From a virus (Duplodnaviria; Caudoviricetes), in IMG/VR virus record IMGVR_UViG_3300035548_000645, positions 1 through 48,634 of that record: 48,634 nt of DNA; one strand, written 5' to 3'. The notes beneath the pieces were generated by a model. That model did no database searches, was not told the DNA's origin, and was given only the letters and a program-made list of their open reading frames with translations. Made by a program: the position numbers and the translations under genes. Of the stretch, positions 7,730 to 16,294 are shown piece after piece (positions within the stretch are counted from its first letter, which is position 1; every line of letters starts with the position of its first letter).

Positions 7730-7802
7730 GTCGCATCACTGCGAGGATTGAAACACCCGTATGCTTTTTTCTTCAAGGCCGGTTAATCCCGGCCTTTTTT
7801 TT
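7730..7802 (+). ncRNA. Solitary type I-C CRISPR-repeat-like unit (GTCGCATCACTGCGAGGATTGAAAC, 7730-7754) plus 20 nt and terminator; candidate Racr/crRNA mimic
   Basis: 5' GTCGC, hairpin TCGCA/TGCGA and 3' GGATTGAAAC match the I-C repeat layout; single copy, intergenic, no cas genes in the window. Confidence 0.7.
7775..7802 (+). terminator. Rho-independent terminator
   Basis: AAGGCCGG-TTAATC-CCGGCCTT followed by a T run. Confidence 0.85.
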
Positions 7803-7811
7803 CGCATGTCG

Positions 7812-8004
7812 CTCCACCACAGGAATCTCAGGCATCGTTGTCCTTGGGCAGTCCGCAGATCTCGCGCGCCAGGGCCAGGGCCAGGCGCTGGTCCTTCTTC
7901 TCGAAGGCCTTGCGCATGGCGTGTATCTTCTCGCTCCGCTTGCGGGCCACGCTCAGCGCCACGGCAGCCACGCTGCCCTTGGGGTTCATCTCGGTATTTT
8001 CCAT
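7812..8004. repeat. Direct repeat copy 2, ending in an integrase stub MPEIPVVE
   Basis: Matches 3694-3886; similarity stops after integrase codon 8. Confidence 0.95.
7828..8004 (-). CDS. 58-aa protein, paralogue of 3710-3886 (candidate RDF copy 2)
   Basis: MENTEMNPKGSVAAVALSVARKRSEKIHAMRKAFEKKDQRLALALAREICGLPKDNDA, GGAGG RBS; absent from the ORF track. Confidence 0.8.
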   Translation of the reverse strand: MENTEMNPKGSVAAVALSVARKRSEKIHAMRKAFEKKDQRLALALAREICGLPKDNDA

Positions 8005-8015
8005 CTCTCCTCCCG

Positions 8016-8243
8016 TTATTCATCGTCCCGGACAGGACGGTCCTGGACCTGTATCTTCACCTGACGCACGACCACGCACCACCCCTTGCAGAGGCGGCAA
8101 ACCGCTTCCTCCTCCCGGTCGCTGTCCCTGGGCTCGACGCCGAACCCCTCGCACCTGGGACAGACCACCCGCCCCTCGAAACACCCGGCCTTGGAGTTCA
8201 GCAGGACGTCCCGCCGTTCCTTTTCCAGTTCTGGCATGCGCAT
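8016..8243 (-). CDS. Small zinc-finger protein
   Basis: CPRCEGFG and CRLCKG motifs (DnaJ-type CxxCxG). Confidence 0.7.
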   Translation of the reverse strand: MRMPELEKERRDVLLNSKAGCFEGRVVCPRCEGFGVEPRDSDREEEAVCRLCKGWCVVVRQVKIQVQDRPVRDDE

Positions 8244-8258
8244 CTTCCAACCCCTTGT

Positions 8259-9125
8259 TCAGTTGACCGCCCTCATGAGCGGCAAAATGTTCGCGTCCCG
8301 GATCTCGGCCTCTCGCCGGAGCCGTTCCTCGCACCTCGGCGAGATCCACAGGCTCTCGGTCCGCCTGGCCGCACGTTCGGCCCAGCAGTCCCGGTCCACC
8401 CGCGTCCAACCCCTGAACCATTCGTCGTAGGCATCACACCGGTATCCGGAGAGCACCACCATGCCCTGGGCCTGCCGAAGCGTTCTGGCCAGGATCTCGT
8501 GGTCGACCACGGTCATCTCATGCCGGTAGCTCATGGTCTGGCTCGCGATCCGGGTCTCCGGCATGTACGGCGGGTCCACGTAGATGAGCGCGTCCGGCTC
8601 GTCGTAGCGCTCCACGACGTCCAGGGCGGGCTTGCATTCGATCGTGACTCCGGCAAGACGCTCCCGGAAATACTCGACATGGGGGGGGTATGCCGCAAAT
8701 TCGTAGGCGGGCGACTTGAAGTCCGGACGCTTGGACCGAAAGCCGTTCTTGTAGGGGCAGGTGGCCGAGTTCGCCCCGAAGCCCATGAACGCCCGCACCA
8801 GGTAGCGCCGGGCCATCTCCACCGGATCGGAGCAGACCGCATAGGCCGCGTCGAACTCCTCCCGCGCATAGGGCGTGAGCCGCAGCTCGTCGGCCAGCCT
8901 GGTCGAGGCCACCGGGTCGCGCATGACGCGGTAGAGGTTCACGATCTGGTGGTCCAGGTCGTTGAGCACCTCCAGGTCGGCCCGCTCCTTCTCCAGGAGC
9001 ACGGACGCCATCCCGCCGAACGGCTCGATGTACACCCGATGCGCGGGAAAGTGCTCGATCACCCAATGGCGGAGCTTGAACTTGCCGCCGTGGTGCAGGG
9101 CCATGGGCCGCTTCATGTTGCTCAT
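8259..9125 (-). CDS. DNA adenine methyltransferase (Dam/D12 class)
   Basis: GGK, YIEPFGG.ASV, NDLD and DPPY motifs. Confidence 0.93.
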   Translation of the reverse strand: MSNMKRPMALHHGGKFKLRHWVIEHFPAHRVYIEPFGGMASVLLEKERADLEVLNDLDHQIVNLYRVMRDPVASTRLADELRLTPYAREEFDAAYAVCSDPVEMARRYLVRAFMGFGANSATCPYKNGFRSKRPDFKSPAYEFAAYPPHVEYFRERLAGVTIECKPALDVVERYDEPDALIYVDPPYMPETRIASQTMSYRHEMTVVDHEILARTLRQAQGMVVLSGYRCDAYDEWFRGWTRVDRDCWAERAARRTESLWISPRCEERLRREAEIRDANILPLMRAVN

Positions 9126-10081
9126 CGATGTGCGCCCTCGACGCCTTCAAGCAGCGGAAGCCCCTTAGGGATCGCTCCGATTTTCCGACGCCTGCTGCCA
9201 GGCTCGAAGTCGGCCCAGGAGCAACTCTTGAACGTCCACATGCGATTGACCCACTGGGCAAAATCCTTCTGTTCCTGGGTGGGCTCCGCGTTGGTGTGAA
9301 AATCCCGGAAGGGCTGGGCGAAGGGCGTCACATTGAGGGTGCGCAGGAACTCGACGCGCTCCAGGGCATCCTCCACGTCCTTGACCAGCACGTAGACGAA
9401 ATATTCCCCCACCTTTCCGGACTCCTCACGAATCAGATTGATGGCATTGGCCACAGCAGGCATCTGCTCCAGATGGTCGCAGGCGAACCGGATGAATCGA
9501 ATCCACTTGATCCTGGCCAGGACCTTGGCCACGGGGCGATCCACCAGACGCGCATCAAGGCCCTGGTTGCAATCCAGCTTGACCGGCAACCCGGCAATCT
9601 TTTCGAGCTGCCGGATGCCATGGGGGTGAGCGAGATTATTGTTGTCCAGGAGCACCAGCTCTTTCTGGCCGCTCCAGAACTCCTCCACATGCGCATGGGG
9701 ACGGATACCGCCTTCCTTTTCCGGGACAATGCACCCTTCACACCGCCTGATGCACCCTCGCGTGGTAAACCCGTAGGCGCGGTCCTTGAGATTGTAGATC
9801 GAATAGTCCGGGCACATGTGCTCCACCTCATTGGGAAGCGTGGCCATGATGTTGTACCCCGGACCGCCGAACACCACCCGCTCGTCCCGTGGCAAGTAAG
9901 GGTCCATCGGCGTGAAGGCCATCACCTTGCTGGAATAAATCCGGTGATAAGGCCGTGCCCTGTCCACCAGGGCGTTGAATCTCTCCACCTGATCCCCCTG
10001 CGCCCTGTGAAAGGCCGCGAGCTTCATCAGCGCGAGATTGGGAAATCTGGTGTCGTCCGCGTCGTGCAATGCAATCCTCAT
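9122..10081 (-). CDS. Phage radical-SAM-like Fe-S protein
   Basis: TTRGCIRRCEGCIVP (CxxxCxxC), FPNLALMKL, LLDNN, NQGLDAR; start MRIALHD with GGAGG RBS. Confidence 0.8.
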   Translation of the reverse strand: MRIALHDADDTRFPNLALMKLAAFHRAQGDQVERFNALVDRARPYHRIYSSKVMAFTPMDPYLPRDERVVFGGPGYNIMATLPNEVEHMCPDYSIYNLKDRAYGFTTRGCIRRCEGCIVPEKEGGIRPHAHVEEFWSGQKELVLLDNNNLAHPHGIRQLEKIAGLPVKLDCNQGLDARLVDRPVAKVLARIKWIRFIRFACDHLEQMPAVANAINLIREESGKVGEYFVYVLVKDVEDALERVEFLRTLNVTPFAQPFRDFHTNAEPTQEQKDFAQWVNRMWTFKSCSWADFEPGSRRRKIGAIPKGLPLLEGVEGAHR

Positions 10082-10091
10082 TTTCCCTCCC

Positions 10092-10577
10092 TTAAACAAA
10101 GTCCATCAGCGACGGCGTACTCCGCCTGGCTCGCCGTACCGCCACAACCCGTCCGGACGCCCGCACCTTGGGCGCGGCCCGGCCCAGGACCGAATAGGCC
10201 CACTCCACCAGCTTCTCGAACAGGTCGTCCGGAAGCCTGCCCGTGTACGAGTGGCCGGAGTCCTTCCACTTGCGGTTCGCGTACCGCAGGAGCCGGAGAT
10301 ACCGGGCCACGGCGGACCGCAACGCCGCCTCGCGTGTGGCGAAAAATTGCTGCTTGTAGATGTGTCCCTGGGACATCCACCGGCCGTCCTGCAACCCGAC
10401 GATCCACACCCGCTTCAAACGGTCCTGGATGTGCTCGATCCGCCGGTCGTCCAGGTCCTCGTATGCTCGGTACTCGTCGTCCCGCATGGGCCAGAAATGG
10501 CCGTTGTAAGGCCCGGTGCCGTCAACCCGGTACAGCCCCCAGGGGTTGGCGTGGAGATCGGTGTAAATATCGCTCAC
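10092..10577 (-). CDS. Hypothetical protein
   Basis: Coupled ORF in the early operon. Confidence 0.7.
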   Translation of the reverse strand: MSDIYTDLHANPWGLYRVDGTGPYNGHFWPMRDDEYRAYEDLDDRRIEHIQDRLKRVWIVGLQDGRWMSQGHIYKQQFFATREAALRSAVARYLRLLRYANRKWKDSGHSYTGRLPDDLFEKLVEWAYSVLGRAAPKVRASGRVVAVRRARRSTPSLMDFV

Positions 10578-11788
10578 GCCGCCACCTCCGCAGCGGCGTA
10601 CAGCCCGCGGTCAACCCGCAGGAGCTGCCCCTTCCTGACCAGGTCGGACAGGGCCAGGGAAATACCGAGCTTCACGGCCTTGTTCCCCTTGATGTGCGGC
10701 CAGCCCGCCTGCTGGATTTCGTGCGCCGAAAACGCCCCCGGGTACCGCTGGCCGATCTCCAGGACCTTGTCCCGCACTTCGCCGGGAGTGGAGTAGCCGT
10801 GCAGATCCCGCTCGGCCTTCTTGGTCCTGGCGCTGAGCTGCCCCAGGGCGGCCATGGCGGGCTTGGCTTCCTTTTCCACCTCGCTGAATCCGAGCCTGGT
10901 CATCTCCAGGGACTCGGCCCGGGTGAACAACCCCAGGTTGTCCAGGGAGCAGTTGAGCTTGTCCCCGTCCAGGAAGCGGATCACGTGATCCGGCGGCACC
11001 GGCCCGTTCGCCTGTTCCCACACCCACACGTGCTTGTGCTTGTAGCGGGTAGGGAAGCCGGTATAGGGATCGGTCTCCGGCACCTTCATGAGGATGAACC
11101 CGTCCTTTGAACAGATCCGCTCATCCCACAAAGGCTTCCGATTCGGGGGGATGCTTCCCTTCTGGAAGCTGCCGCTGTTCGGCTTGCACACCCCCTTGCC
11201 GGCGAGGCCGTCGTTCCAGACCTTTTGGCCCTTCTCGAAGCACCCGGTGCGCCCGCTCCGGATCTTGTAGTTGTTCAATGTCGCCTTGAGCTGCTGCACG
11301 GTCTTGTCCAGACCGAACTCCGCATTGAAGGCAGCCAGCAGTTCCTGTTGGCCCATCCTCGGGTAGTTCTCGCGCAGGAACGCGAGCTGCTCGCCGGTGT
11401 ACTGCCGCCGCTCGCCCACCTTGAAGCCGGTCTTGCGGCCGCACCGGATCTTGTGGTTCTGGAGCGTCGATTTGATCTGCTTCTCGGTCTTGTCCGTGCC
11501 GAACCGCTCATTGAAGCGGCGCGTGAGCTCGGGCAGGCGGTGGGCCTTGTACCCTTCGCGCAGGAAGTCGAGCTGCTCGTCGGTGTACTGCCGGCGGTCG
11601 CCCTTTTTGAAGCCGCCCCGGCGGCCGCACTTGATTTTGCGGTCGTTGAGCGCGTACCTGATGGAGCGCTCGGGACGATCCTGATCAAAGACGTAGTTGA
11701 ACGCCTCGGTCAGCTCGTCCAACGCCATCTGAGGCCACCACTCCCGCAGGAAGGCGATCTGATCCTTCGTGTACCTAGCCCGGGCCAC
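10574..11788 (-). CDS. HNH endonuclease with three N-terminal helical repeats
   Basis: KHVWVWE...GPVP...IRFLDGDKLNC.LDNL; three repeats of about 60 aa starting YT.EQ..FLRE. Confidence 0.85.
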   Translation of the reverse strand: MARARYTKDQIAFLREWWPQMALDELTEAFNYVFDQDRPERSIRYALNDRKIKCGRRGGFKKGDRRQYTDEQLDFLREGYKAHRLPELTRRFNERFGTDKTEKQIKSTLQNHKIRCGRKTGFKVGERRQYTGEQLAFLRENYPRMGQQELLAAFNAEFGLDKTVQQLKATLNNYKIRSGRTGCFEKGQKVWNDGLAGKGVCKPNSGSFQKGSIPPNRKPLWDERICSKDGFILMKVPETDPYTGFPTRYKHKHVWVWEQANGPVPPDHVIRFLDGDKLNCSLDNLGLFTRAESLEMTRLGFSEVEKEAKPAMAALGQLSARTKKAERDLHGYSTPGEVRDKVLEIGQRYPGAFSAHEIQQAGWPHIKGNKAVKLGISLALSDLVRKGQLLRVDRGLYAAAEVAA

Positions 11789-11791
11789 CGG

Positions 11792-12043
11792 CTAGTCCTC
11801 GCCGCCCTGGTCGATGCACAGCATGTCGGGAGCCTTCATCTTGCCGCCGATGGCGTTGGACGCGGCCACCTGCGCCTTGAGTATCAGGTTGGCGTTGGAG
11901 ATAATCTCCTTGGCAACGTTGGTCACGGCGTGGGAGCGGTTGATTTCCTCTTCCAGCTTCTCGCCTTCGAGTTCCTCGTCGCCCAGGCGTTCCAGTTGCG
12001 CGAACAGGTGGTCACTCAGGTCGGTGAGCTTGTTCTTAGCCAT
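11792..12043 (-). CDS. Conserved phage protein usually found before this HNH family
   Basis: [20 protein letters not shown]...EEEINRS. Confidence 0.8.
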   Translation of the reverse strand: MAKNKLTDLSDHLFAQLERLGDEELEGEKLEEEINRSHAVTNVAKEIISNANLILKAQVAASNAIGGKMKAPDMLCIDQGGED

Positions 12044-12521
12044 GGTATTCCTCCATTTTCGTCTTTTTGGGCAGGTAAAGAGGGTGCTTGGGGCTGCCGT
12101 CCTGGTTCCGGCCGAGGCAGTGCAGCGCATGGCCGGCCAGCAGCTCCACGACCTCACGGTCACGGCCGCCAACGTTGAACGCACCCCAGCAGCAGATGAT
12201 GGCGTCGGCCTTTTGCGCGGCCTCCAGCAGGTGATGATCGTTGTCGCCAAGGGGATCGGACACCCGCAGCAAGTCCTCCGGATGCGGGGAGACCAGCCCG
12301 AACAGGTTGCAGGTGGTCAGCCCGTCGAATCCCAGGTCCCTGGAAAAGGCGACCATGCGCCGGATGGTGGGGTCGTCCATGTTCTCGTCAGCAGTGGACG
12401 GGTTCAGCCCTATCCACAGCAGCATCCTGCCGGTCCCCCAGCGCCGCCAGAGCTTGTACCGGTACCGCCGGTCCTGGGAGAGGGTCGCTCCCCGGTCTTC
12501 CTGGACGTAGGGCTTAAGCAT
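12036..12521 (-). CDS. DUF1643 family protein
   Basis: [18 protein letters not shown]...DDPTIRR, PKHPLY. Confidence 0.9.
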   Translation of the reverse strand: MLKPYVQEDRGATLSQDRRYRYKLWRRWGTGRMLLWIGLNPSTADENMDDPTIRRMVAFSRDLGFDGLTTCNLFGLVSPHPEDLLRVSDPLGDNDHHLLEAAQKADAIICCWGAFNVGGRDREVVELLAGHALHCLGRNQDGSPKHPLYLPKKTKMEEYHG

Positions 12522-13182
12522 CCGGCCACCCCTCCGGCTTGGCCGTGCGCTCGAACTCGTACACCCACACCCAGGGGCTCTCGTCCCATCCATAGCCGCG
12601 CTTGGCGTTCAGGCAGTCCCACAGGGCGCGGAAGGTCCCTTCAAGGTGCGACCCGTTCTGGAAATGTTTGCCGTGGTCGGGAAGCTCCCCGACGCCTTCG
12701 GCCAGGCAATCCTTCATGCTGATGTCCCGCAGCCACTCGGCCCGGACATTCGTGATCTTGAGAAAGATGCGGCAGTGTTTCTTGGGCATGAAGATCGAGG
12801 GGCGCCAGATGCTTTCGCCGTCGTCTTGATCAGCTCGGTAGATTGGGCATCCGTGCGGAGGGCAGCCGCAAGGGGCGTCAGAACATCCGCACTCGTCGAT
12901 GCTGTCGAACTCGCGCCACGTCTCGCGCACCCAAAGGACGTCGCCCGGCTTGTGCGCAGGGAAGAACGGCTCCGTCGAGTTCCAGCACCCGGCGATGCGG
13001 CAGTAGTAGGCCTTGCCCTGTTCGGGGTTGCCCGTGCAGTAGTCGGCCACCTGCTCGACCATCGGGAGCCGGGTCTTGCAGTCCTGCGGCTGGGGCTTGA
13101 TCACCCGCCGCGTCTGCGTCTTGGCCCCGGCCAGGATCGCCCGCACCATGGGGCCGCTGAAAAGGATGGGCTTAACCTTCAT
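12514..13182 (-). CDS. ASCH/PUA-like phage protein
   Basis: PILFSGPMVRAIL.G.KTQTRR, LWVRETW, WRPSIFMP, PWVWVYEF. Confidence 0.85.
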   Translation of the reverse strand: MKVKPILFSGPMVRAILAGAKTQTRRVIKPQPQDCKTRLPMVEQVADYCTGNPEQGKAYYCRIAGCWNSTEPFFPAHKPGDVLWVRETWREFDSIDECGCSDAPCGCPPHGCPIYRADQDDGESIWRPSIFMPKKHCRIFLKITNVRAEWLRDISMKDCLAEGVGELPDHGKHFQNGSHLEGTFRALWDCLNAKRGYGWDESPWVWVYEFERTAKPEGWPDA

Positions 13183-13978
13183 CGGTCTGCTCCCGCCTGG
13201 CGGTCTCCATCAGCTCCCACCCCTTGCGAATGTAGTTGAACAGGTCGCCCAGGTGCTCGGCCACCTCGTCCAGATCCCCGGCGTCGCAGGCTGCCAGGTA
13301 CTTGTCGGCGTGGTGGTACAGTTCGGCCTTGAGGTCCTCCGGCGAGGGCACCCAGGTGGCGAAGTCGCCCTTGTGCGCGTTCGCCGTGAGCTCGGCCAGG
13401 GACCGGGCCACGAGCAGCGCATGCCCGGCATCCTGTTGCTGCCCATCCAGGTACTCCGGCCCATGGTGAACCCAGTCGATGGGCATCAGGCTGATGTCTA
13501 TGACCGGGATCACGGGGCAACCGTGCGCATGCTCCCCGCCCATCTCGCCGCACGCGCGGCACTGTTCGCCCTCGTGGGACAGGTGCAGGGACTTGACGGC
13601 AGCCGTGCGCATGGCCTTGACCATGTCCCGCAGCCGTTCGTTGTCGGTTTTGAGCTCATCCAGCTTGGCAGCGGAATTCCCCGGTGCTTCCGGACTCAAG
13701 CCCTGTCGTGCCCTGGCAACCGAGGCCGAGGCCTCGGCGCACATCCGAACGATCCCTTCCCGTCCGGCACCCTCGCTCATGGCTTCGCCAATCTTGTCGA
13801 AATATCTCTCGATCCTACGGAGGCTGTCCGTGGTCGCGGCAACCAACTGCTCTTTCCTCGCGATCTGATGATCACGAGCCTTGCAGACATCCCTGAACCA
13901 CTCGATCAGAGTCGACTTGGTGTGCCGGTTCATTTCCTTGACCCATTCATCGTCATACAACGCTTTCTGCTTCGTCAT
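13172..13978 (-). CDS. Hypothetical coiled-coil protein
   Basis: GGAGGG RBS before MTKQK; upstream part of the ORF-track call is probably a spurious fusion. Confidence 0.65.
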   Translation of the reverse strand: MTKQKALYDDEWVKEMNRHTKSTLIEWFRDVCKARDHQIARKEQLVAATTDSLRRIERYFDKIGEAMSEGAGREGIVRMCAEASASVARARQGLSPEAPGNSAAKLDELKTDNERLRDMVKAMRTAAVKSLHLSHEGEQCRACGEMGGEHAHGCPVIPVIDISLMPIDWVHHGPEYLDGQQQDAGHALLVARSLAELTANAHKGDFATWVPSPEDLKAELYHHADKYLAACDAGDLDEVAEHLGDLFNYIRKGWELMETARREQTDEG

Positions 13979-13989
13979 TGCTCCCTCCG

Positions 13990-14134
13990 TCATTTGCCCA
14001 TCATCACCACGGCCACGTTGAGCAGCGCGCCGGACAGGTAGTAGACCGCCCTCCAGGTCAGGCCGTGGATCAGGTCCACGACGCCGGCTCCCCCCCATGA
14101 GGAGAATGAGGACGATCGGGAAAAGGTTCGCCAT
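13990..14134 (-). pseudogene. 47-aa two-TM protein with a +1 frameshift in a G7 run
   Basis: Removing one G at 14090-14096 gives MANLFPIVLILLMGGAGVVDLIHGLTWRAVYYLSGALLNVAVVMMGK*. Confidence 0.6.
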
Positions 14135-14136
14135 GC

Positions 14137-14376
14137 CTACACGTCCACGATGCCCTCGGCGGGCCTGTTGCCGGTCTCCTGCAGGGTCACCGGATCGATC
14201 CGCCGGTTGCAGTACCGGGCGCGCTGCGGCCGCCGCAGGGCCAGCCAAGTGAACCGGCCCAGCCCGAGCTGGTGTTCCGCCCGGGCGCAGCCGGACTCCC
14301 AGGACGGGCAGTCCTCGTCCGCGCACCGAGCCCGGTCCGGGGCCAGGTCTCGGCTTTTCATTTCTTGGGCTGCCAT
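14137..14376 (-). CDS. Small Cys-rich protein
   Basis: RCADEDCPS..SGC motif shared with the upstream gene. Confidence 0.6.
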   Translation of the reverse strand: MAAQEMKSRDLAPDRARCADEDCPSWESGCARAEHQLGLGRFTWLALRRPQRARYCNRRIDPVTLQETGNRPAEGIVDV

Positions 14377-14576
14377 CGATCCTCCTTGCTGTCGAAGTAG
14401 GCGCAGAACGGTCCGTCACCCCGGTTGCGCTTGAAGTTGTGGGGTTCGCCCGGGTTGCCAGGCCGCCGGCACTTGTCGCGGGACGGGCAGTCCTCGTCCG
14501 TGCATCTCAGGGGCTTGTGCAGGCAGCCGCGCTCCGGCCGCCGCGCCAAGGTGGTGGGGGAGGCGATGCCGATCAT
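14358..14576 (-). CDS. Small Cys-rich protein
   Basis: RCTDEDCPSRDKC motif. Confidence 0.6.
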   Translation of the reverse strand: MIGIASPTTLARRPERGCLHKPLRCTDEDCPSRDKCRRPGNPGEPHNFKRNRGDGPFCAYFDSKEDRWQPKK

Positions 14577-14962
14577 GCGACCTCCTCGTGCTGCATGACC
14601 GTGAAGCTCGGGTCGCCCCAGGGCATGAACTCAGGGGCCCCGTGCAGGGCCTGGAAATCGACGTGCAGGGACTCCCCGGTCTTGGCCCCCACGAACATGG
14701 CGGCCGCCGCGTTGAGGCGCAGCACGGCGAATTCCCGGTGGGTGCCCTTGGACTCCAACCCCACCGTCAGGCTGGGGTGCTTCTTCACCCAGGAGGCGAA
14801 GGCGGCATAGGTGCGGAACCGGGCATCCGGGTGGAGCATCTCGCGCCCGAACGCCTCATACAGCCCCGGCAGCGAGAGGTCGCCCATGCGCGACCGGAAG
14901 CAGCGCAGCAGCAGCTTGGCCAGGGCCAGCGACCGCTCCATGTAGATTTCATCACGAGTCAT
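14573..14962 (-). CDS. Hypothetical protein
   Basis: GGAGG RBS before MTRDEIY. Confidence 0.65.
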   Translation of the reverse strand: MTRDEIYMERSLALAKLLLRCFRSRMGDLSLPGLYEAFGREMLHPDARFRTYAAFASWVKKHPSLTVGLESKGTHREFAVLRLNAAAAMFVGAKTGESLHVDFQALHGAPEFMPWGDPSFTVMQHEEVA

Positions 14963-15071
14963 CGGACTTCCTCCCTTGCTTGTCGCAGGCCCCATGGATC
15001 GCGCCCATGGCCACCAGCGCCAGACCGACCACGAACATCATCTCGCCGACCATGCTCCAGTCCCAGGTCAT
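14952..15071 (-). CDS. 39-aa single-TM protein
   Basis: MTWDWSMVGEMMFVVGLALVAMGAIHGACDKQGRKSDDS; fills an operon gap. Confidence 0.5.
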   Translation of the reverse strand: MTWDWSMVGEMMFVVGLALVAMGAIHGACDKQGRKSDDS

Positions 15072-15073
15072 GA

Positions 15074-15478
15074 CTATGCGTCCTCTTCCGCTGCTTCCAT
15101 GGTCTTGAAGCGATGCCAGCGGACCACCTGTTCACCGCCGATCCTGGCGGGCTTGAGCTTCCTCTCCAGCTGCTCGATCATCTCGTCGCGCATAGGCAGC
15201 CCCTTCACTTCGTGCTTCTCCCACCACTTCCTGGCGGCGGAAACCACGTCGGAAAAGGCAAGGTTGTGCGCGTCGTCCTGGACGATCTCCTGCTCGATGA
15301 ACACGTCCAGGGGATCGTCTTTCCGGAATTCCTCGTCGAACTCGATGCGCACGGGCTGATAGATCAGATGTCCGACAGTCCGGGCCTCCTCTGCCGTGGC
15401 GCAGATCGTGATGGTGATCTCGCCCTCTTTTTCCTTCTCGGTGTAGTTGCTGCTGGGGCTGAATCGAATAATTTCCAT
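15074..15478 (-). CDS. Hypothetical protein
   Basis: GGAG RBS before MEIIRF. Confidence 0.65.
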   Translation of the reverse strand: MEIIRFSPSSNYTEKEKEGEITITICATAEEARTVGHLIYQPVRIEFDEEFRKDDPLDVFIEQEIVQDDAHNLAFSDVVSAARKWWEKHEVKGLPMRDEMIEQLERKLKPARIGGEQVVRWHRFKTMEAAEEDA

Positions 15479-15598
15479 GGTCTCTCCCGTTTGTTCAAGG
15501 GGGCCGCTCCAACCCCCAGCTTGAAACCGTTCCGGACGTTCGTCCGTATGCAACCCGGCGGAGCGGGCCGGACCGTTCCGGCCGCCGGGCGAAATTCG

Positions 15599-16048
15599 CT
15601 ACTGCCGCGCCGCCGCGCCGTCCTGGCCAGCGGGCTGCTTGGCCGGGATCCGGATCTCGACGGCCGGGTTGATCGCCTGCATGCGGGCCACCAGGTCCTC
15701 CATGTGGAGGTCGTCCAGCTCGGCGCGCACGTCCGCCTCGATCTCGGCCCGGAACGTGGCCGCGTCGATGGCGTGGCCGGCCTGGTTGGACGGCACCGCG
15801 AACCGGTGTCCGCACTCGTCGCCCTCCAGGATCCAGTCCGGGGAGTACCCGGTCCGCCGCCAGATGGTGAGCAGCCACCCGTCCGGGATGGAGCACCTCC
15901 GCTTGGCGTCGGATATGGACGACTGCCGCACGCCGAGCTGCTCGGCCAGCTGCACCTGGGTGCGCACGCCCAGCACGTCCTTGATGCGCTGGATCCGCTC
16001 CTCGAAGATCTGCTCTTGGGTCTTTTCCGTCATTTCCGTCTTGATCAC
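15599..16048 (-). CDS. HTH protein of the 186/P2 CI N-terminal type
   Basis: TQVQLAEQLGVRQSSISDAKRRCSIP..W...GYSPDWILEG. Confidence 0.85.
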   Translation of the reverse strand: MIKTEMTEKTQEQIFEERIQRIKDVLGVRTQVQLAEQLGVRQSSISDAKRRCSIPDGWLLTIWRRTGYSPDWILEGDECGHRFAVPSNQAGHAIDAATFRAEIEADVRAELDDLHMEDLVARMQAINPAVEIRIPAKQPAGQDGAAARQ

Positions 16049-16066
16049 GGCTACCTCCGGTCTGTT

Positions 16067-16294
16067 TTACCTGTCCCCAACGGGCAGGCTGAAATCCATT
16101 CCGCCGTCCTCCGTCGCCATGGCGCTCACCCGCGCCTTGCGCTGGGCCCCGTCTTCCACGACCGACCGCACGAAATAATGGGCCATGCTCAACTTGCCGA
16201 CACCCGGCACCGCTCCCGGACAACGCCTGGCCAGGGACAGGATGTCCCCCAGCTCGGCCTCCACCGCGGCAATCCGTTCGGCAATGGTCTTCAT
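16067..16294 (-). CDS. Hypothetical protein
   Basis: Coupled to the CII-like gene; GGAGG RBS. Confidence 0.65.
   Translation of the reverse strand: MKTIAERIAAVEAELGDILSLARRCPGAVPGVGKLSMAHYFVRSVVEDGAQRKARVSAMATEDGGMDFSLPVGDR

Noticed and set aside
7730-7754. CRISPR array
   Set aside because: Only one repeat-like unit was found, with no repeat-spacer periodicity and no cas genes; reported as a solitary repeat instead
7755-7774. Self-target of the sequence after the solitary repeat (CCCGTATGC also at 19481-19489)
   Set aside because: Only 9 nt, no TTC PAM, and expected by chance in 48 kb
3694-8004. Diversity-generating retroelement TR/VR pair, or attL/attR of a satellite
   Set aside because: No reverse transcriptase in the window; mismatches are not adenine-specific and are mostly synonymous; both copies are coding paralogues, not short att cores
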